Source of the DNA: Myxococcota bacterium | GTDB lineage: Bacteria > Myxococcota > UBA4151 | DNA length: 20,388 bases | Assembly: GCA_040260805.1 (NCBI GenBank) | Contig: JBDQPD010000060.1 | Location: forward strand, 1-20,388 | Reading direction: 5' to 3' | Shown: in pieces, positions 16,994-20,388 of the stretch | Numbering within the stretch: position 1 is the stretch's first letter | How the letters are laid out: every line of letters starts with the position of its first letter | Made by a program: the position numbers and the translations under genes | Notes under the pieces: generated by a model | What the model was told of the DNA's origin: nothing | Databases searched by the model: none | The model's input: only the letters and a program-made list of their open reading frames with translations

Positions 16994-17446
16994 CTAGCGC
17001 GCCGGCGCAACATGAAACGCACCGCTGAGCTCACGAGTGTCGCCCGTGGTGGATCTTAGCGTGACGGTGAACTGACCCTTAACCGACTCATCACTAAACT
17101 CAGTAATCGCGAGCGTTCCCGTGTGGCTCGAATTGGTGATCCATGGACCATTATCCTGGTAAATCACTTGATCGTTTTGATCATCTAAAGTGCGGCAAAC
17201 CGGCATCTCACCTGCGCTCAGCGCATCGCGCAAGGTGGTCTCGTCGCCCATCGCCCGCACATCAAGAGTCAAGGTGCCTGCGTTGATACGCGTCGTATCC
17301 CACGATCCATTGCTCAGCGTCGTTCCGTCACTGAGCACCATGGTCCCCAGCTCAGGCTCGGCGCCGTCCCAGCTGACGCCGCAGGGCGCATCGCCGCCGC
17401 ACGCAGCGAGTATCGAAAGCGTCATCAGCACGGTTGAGCGCAACAT
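16994..17446 (-). CDS. Small lipoprotein, beta-rich, unknown function (150 aa)
   Basis: Start moved to ATG 17446, which has a strong GAGGAGG RBS. Signal MLRSTVLMTLSILAAC with LAAC lipobox. C-terminal GTLAITEF..SVKGQFTVTL..RELSGAFHV strand pattern, reminiscent of DUF6252-type lipoproteins. Confidence 0.75.
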   Translation of the reverse strand: MLRSTVLMTLSILAACGGDAPCGVSWDGAEPELGTMVLSDGTTLSNGSWDTTRINAGTLTLDVRAMGDETTLRDALSAGEMPVCRTLDDQNDQVIYQDNGPWITNSSHTGTLAITEFSDESVKGQFTVTLRSTTGDTRELSGAFHVAPAR

Positions 17447-17543
17447 AAGATCCTCCTCAGGCGCCGCCGCTCTAGCCCGGCTACTCGGGCAAAGGAAGTC
17501 CAAAGCCCTTGTATGTCTCGCCCAGGCGACGCATCGAAGGGCC

Positions 17544-19139
17544 ATGTCAGAGTCTCTTTTGCCCTCAACCCGGCGCGGCCGGATCATCCTTTGTGCGGTG
17601 CTGCTGGGTTGGCTCTGGCCCTTTCCCTACTTCAACACCGTGCTGCCCGATGGCACGATCAACAACCCCAACGAGGTCACACGGGTCTACGCAGTCGCTG
17701 CGCTCGTTGACGACCAAAGCTGGGCGATCGATGCGCCGATCAAGCGCTGGGGCGGCGTCGATGACAAAGCGAAGCGAGACGGTAAGCTCTATTCGTCTAA
17801 AGCACCGGGAACGACCTTGGTCGGAGCGCCGCTTTACCGGGTGTATCGCCTCTTTGGAGCCCCCTTAGAGAAACGTGAACTCACCTGGTTTTTAAGGGTG
17901 CTCGTCGGCATGCCCTTTAGCCTCTTCTTGCTGCTCTTAGTGCGGCGAGAGCTGGTCCGAATGAGCGATGAAGACCGCGCCGACGGCGTGGTCTTATGCC
18001 TCGGGCTTGGATCGATGATCTATCCCTACACCTTGGTCTTTGCCGGGCATGCCATGGCGACCGCTATGGTCTTTGCCGCCTACGTCTACGGTCGCCGCAA
18101 TGATCGCGCAGGGATGCTCATTTTTGGCTTCTGCGCGGCGGCGGCGCCAGCCCTCGAATATCCGCACGCGCTGGCGATCATCCCGCTCGGGCTTCGCTAT
18201 CTTTGGGCGCAAGGACGCAGCGGCTTGTGGCGGCGCATGGCGCACGGCGTCGCCGGCGGCTTGATCCCCATCGTCGCCACCTGCTTTGCGCAAGCTAAGA
18301 TGTTCGGGTCCGCCTCAAAGACAGGCTACAGCTTCTTAGAAAATACAGCGTACAAAGATCTCCACGGCGAAGGGTTCTTTGGCTTGAGCGTACCCCAACT
18401 CGAGCGCCTAGGTGCCGCTCTGTTCTCGGTCGAGTTGGGCATGTTCATCTGGACCCCGCTGCTGCTGCTCGGCGCAATCGGGCTGACCCGCAAATCGTCC
18501 AGTGTTCAATTTTCGGACCGTTTATGGATCGCTGCGGTAATCAGCCTGGAGCTTTTGTTTCTTGCCAGCCACGGCGGCTGGCGTGGCGGCTGGTCGGTCG
18601 GGCCGCGCTACATTCTGCCCGTGGTGCCCTTCTTAGCGCTCGGGCTCGCCTATCCGTTTCGTCCTGCCCTGTTCGGCAGCCTGGCTGGGTTATCGATTAT
18701 CGTATGCGGTCTACCCAGCGCCATCTATCCGCACCTGAGCGAGGTCTTCTCAAACCCGTGGGGGAGCTTCGTGCTGCCAGCGCTCAAGAGCGGCTTAGCG
18801 CCTTATCAGCCAGGTCCTTACGCGGCTGGTGCTGCCTGGGGTCCTGGCGTGATCATCGGCGGGCTCACGGTGGCGGCGGCATGCAGCGCACGCCTAGTGG
18901 GCGGCCGAGTCGGTTTAGCTGCCTTGTTCCCAGCGATCTTAGTGTTCGCTGTGGTGATGCGCTCGATCCCCGAACACGACCAGTCGGCAGCCCGCGCTGA
19001 GACCTGCCGCTTGTATCGCCTATGGGAGCCCAGGGTGCAGCGGCCCGATCAGTGGACTCAGGCCGCCCAATTTGATGCAGAGCGCTGTCGCTCAAGCGCC
19101 GCGATCAAGGCGCTCAAAGTCAACAAGGAGCAACGATGA
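17544..19139 (+). CDS. Polytopic membrane protein, GT-C (PMT/ArnT-like) glycosyltransferase-like, ~531 aa
   Basis: Start moved from 17190 to ATG 17544 because the extension overlaps the opposite-strand lipoprotein gene. First TM is followed by a loop with NNPNEVTR and YSSKAPG, then ~10 or more hydrophobic segments and a late GGWSVGPRYILP (RYxxP is common in GT-C proteins). Confidence 0.6.
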   Translation: MSESLLPSTRRGRIILCAVLLGWLWPFPYFNTVLPDGTINNPNEVTRVYAVAALVDDQSWAIDAPIKRWGGVDDKAKRDGKLYSSKAPGTTLVGAPLYRVYRLFGAPLEKRELTWFLRVLVGMPFSLFLLLLVRRELVRMSDEDRADGVVLCLGLGSMIYPYTLVFAGHAMATAMVFAAYVYGRRNDRAGMLIFGFCAAAAPALEYPHALAIIPLGLRYLWAQGRSGLWRRMAHGVAGGLIPIVATCFAQAKMFGSASKTGYSFLENTAYKDLHGEGFFGLSVPQLERLGAALFSVELGMFIWTPLLLLGAIGLTRKSSSVQFSDRLWIAAVISLELLFLASHGGWRGGWSVGPRYILPVVPFLALGLAYPFRPALFGSLAGLSIIVCGLPSAIYPHLSEVFSNPWGSFVLPALKSGLAPYQPGPYAAGAAWGPGVIIGGLTVAAACSARLVGGRVGLAALFPAILVFAVVMRSIPEHDQSAARAETCRLYRLWEPRVQRPDQWTQAAQFDAERCRSSAAIKALKVNKEQR

Positions 19140-19954
19140 CTGAGCTCAATATCAAGCGAATCGCAGGCGCGGTCGTGCCGCTGTCCTTGTTCGTGCTCGC
19201 CTACGTGATCCTCACCCCCCCCAAATGGTCCGATGCGCTTCGATCAACGCTCAACAAAGAGCCGGGTCTGGTGGTAGTCGATGACGCCATGCCCTATGAC
19301 CCGAGCGATCTAAAGGGCATCATCTGGATGCCCGAATCAGCCTTCCGAGCGAGCACGCTAAAGCGCCTCAAGCGGGTGCTTTGGCTGCGACCACAAGGAG
19401 CTCAAGAGGCGCCCTTGGTCGGCACCACGCCGACCGCGTGCAAGGCGCGTTTTGGCGCCATGCTCTGCGTCGTCGACAAAGCCGAGAAAGAGCCTTGGCG
19501 CTTGAGCAACCACCTCAAAGGGGTCCAAGCGCAAACCTCGCAAGCGCAGTGCACCAGCAGCTCGAACACCAGCAAATGTGTCTACGGTGTCAACGACTGG
19601 GAGTACTTGCGGCGAGAGAAGCATCAATTTGCGGGGCGCGAACACGACTGCATCTGGAGTCATCCGGTAGCGGGTGAGCCGGTGGTGATTCGCGTGTTCG
19701 GTTTGGAAGCCGGACAGTACCTGTTTAGATCGGGTATCGACGACAGCGGAATGCGCGGCGAGTTGCCGCCCGTCGAGATCGAGATCGAGACCATTAAAGC
19801 AGGTGAAAATATAAGGTTATCAGCGGGTAAGGACAAGGGCTACGCGCAGACGAGGTTGCCGCTGCTCACCGAGACGAGTGACCTCGTGCTCAAGGTCAGG
19901 AGCGCCAAAACTGGAGCGCGATTTTTCTGCTGGGATTTGTTGCGCAAGCATTAG
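19136..19954 (+). CDS. Hypothetical membrane-anchored protein with Cys-containing, beta-rich extracytoplasmic domain (272 aa)
   Basis: ATGA overlap with the upstream gene. Single N-terminal TM (IAGAVVPLSLFVLAYVIL). Six Cys. The C-terminal region CIWSHP..FRSGIDD..LVLKV..FFCWD resembles a jelly-roll/carbohydrate-binding-like sandwich. Confidence 0.6.
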   Translation: MTELNIKRIAGAVVPLSLFVLAYVILTPPKWSDALRSTLNKEPGLVVVDDAMPYDPSDLKGIIWMPESAFRASTLKRLKRVLWLRPQGAQEAPLVGTTPTACKARFGAMLCVVDKAEKEPWRLSNHLKGVQAQTSQAQCTSSSNTSKCVYGVNDWEYLRREKHQFAGREHDCIWSHPVAGEPVVIRVFGLEAGQYLFRSGIDDSGMRGELPPVEIEIETIKAGENIRLSAGKDKGYAQTRLPLLTETSDLVLKVRSAKTGARFFCWDLLRKH

Positions 19955-19999
19955 CGCGACGCCGTTGGAATTTACGGTCAATGCCGCTAGGCTAATCGC

Positions 20000-20388
20000 A
20001 TGATCAAACGCAGCCTCATCGTCCTTTGTTTTGCATCTTGTTCTGCGCTGGTAGCGGATGTCCCCGACGGAGGGGGTATACCGGCTCCAAACGATGCGGG
20101 CGCTGTCGCTGATACGGGCTATGTCGCAGGTCTGAACTGCGCCGACGATGAGCGCGCCGATGAGGTCGGGCGTGTCTGTGTCCCCACGATCGGAACAGCC
20201 GCCTGCGCAGCGGGCGCCTCAGTGCATCCCGAGCATCAGTGGCTCCAAGCCGCCGACACGGTGCTGCACGCAGCTCCGAATGGGACCGGCGACGGCAGCA
20301 GCGCAGCCCAAGCCGGCAGCTTGCCGGCGATGGTCGCAGCGGCGGGCGACGGCAGCACCGCAATTATTCTGGCGCAAGGTACCTACGC
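20000..20388 (+). CDS. Putative lipoprotein, 3'-partial; likely start of a right-handed beta-helix (pectate-lyase-like/DUF1565-type) domain
   Basis: Translated manually (not in track): MIKRSLIVLCFASCSALVADVPDGGGIPAPNDAG...NCADDERADEVGRVCVPTIGTAACAAG...VLHAAPNGTGDGSSAAQAGSLPAMVAAAGDGSTAIILAQGTY. FASC lipobox-like; open to the window edge. Confidence 0.65.
   Translation, partial: MIKRSLIVLCFASCSALVADVPDGGGIPAPNDAGAVADTGYVAGLNCADDERADEVGRVCVPTIGTAACAAGASVHPEHQWLQAADTVLHAAPNGTGDGSSAAQAGSLPAMVAAAGDGSTAIILAQGTY

Noticed and set aside
17190..17587. Apparent 398-nt head-to-head overlap of the 197-aa (-) and 649-aa (+) ORFs
   Set aside because: Artifact of longest-ORF calling. Starts at 17446 (-, GAGGAGG RBS, lipobox) and 17544 (+) leave an ordinary 97-nt divergent gap.
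20016..20363. 115-aa Arg-rich minus-strand ORF
   Set aside because: Antisense shadow of the partial plus-strand lipoprotein starting at 20000.
1..20388. Frequent GATC/CGATCG/TCGA words suggesting a HIP1-like repeat; also looked for CRISPR arrays, IS ends, tRNAs and tandem repeats
   Set aside because: The words are plausibly explained by ATC/GAT/GAC/GAG codon usage, and the full GCGATCGC is rare (e.g. 14754-14761); enrichment was not computed. I saw no spaced repeats, transposase, integrase or tRNA-like sequence.

Overview
GC-rich bacterial chromosomal segment, probably from a Myxococcota-like organism (inferred from MYXO-CTERM-type C-terminal tails and many Cys-containing lipoproteins). It is gene-dense, and I see no mobile elements, CRISPR arrays or RNA genes. 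Left arm (minus strand, in transcription order): pepD-like dipeptidase, SDR, gcvT, gcvH, a putative small outer-membrane beta-barrel, and a >1248-aa lipoprotein metzincin protease that the ORF track missed because it runs off the left edge. Right arm: orn; then a tightly coupled four-gene operon of a putative beta-barrel porin, a 1176-aa lipoprotein alpha/beta-hydrolase with Ca-binding-like loops, and two paralogous MYXO-CTERM-like surface proteins; then ttcA with a small lipoprotein (minus strand); then a GT-C-like membrane protein, its coupled partner, and a partial beta-helix-like lipoprotein. The most interesting signal is a layout that occurs twice: an uncharacterised beta-barrel gene directly followed by a giant lipoprotein hydrolase gene (one protease, one lipase-like). 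These could be undescribed cell-surface digestion/uptake or lipoprotein-display modules. All family assignments come from motif recognition by eye; no searches were run.
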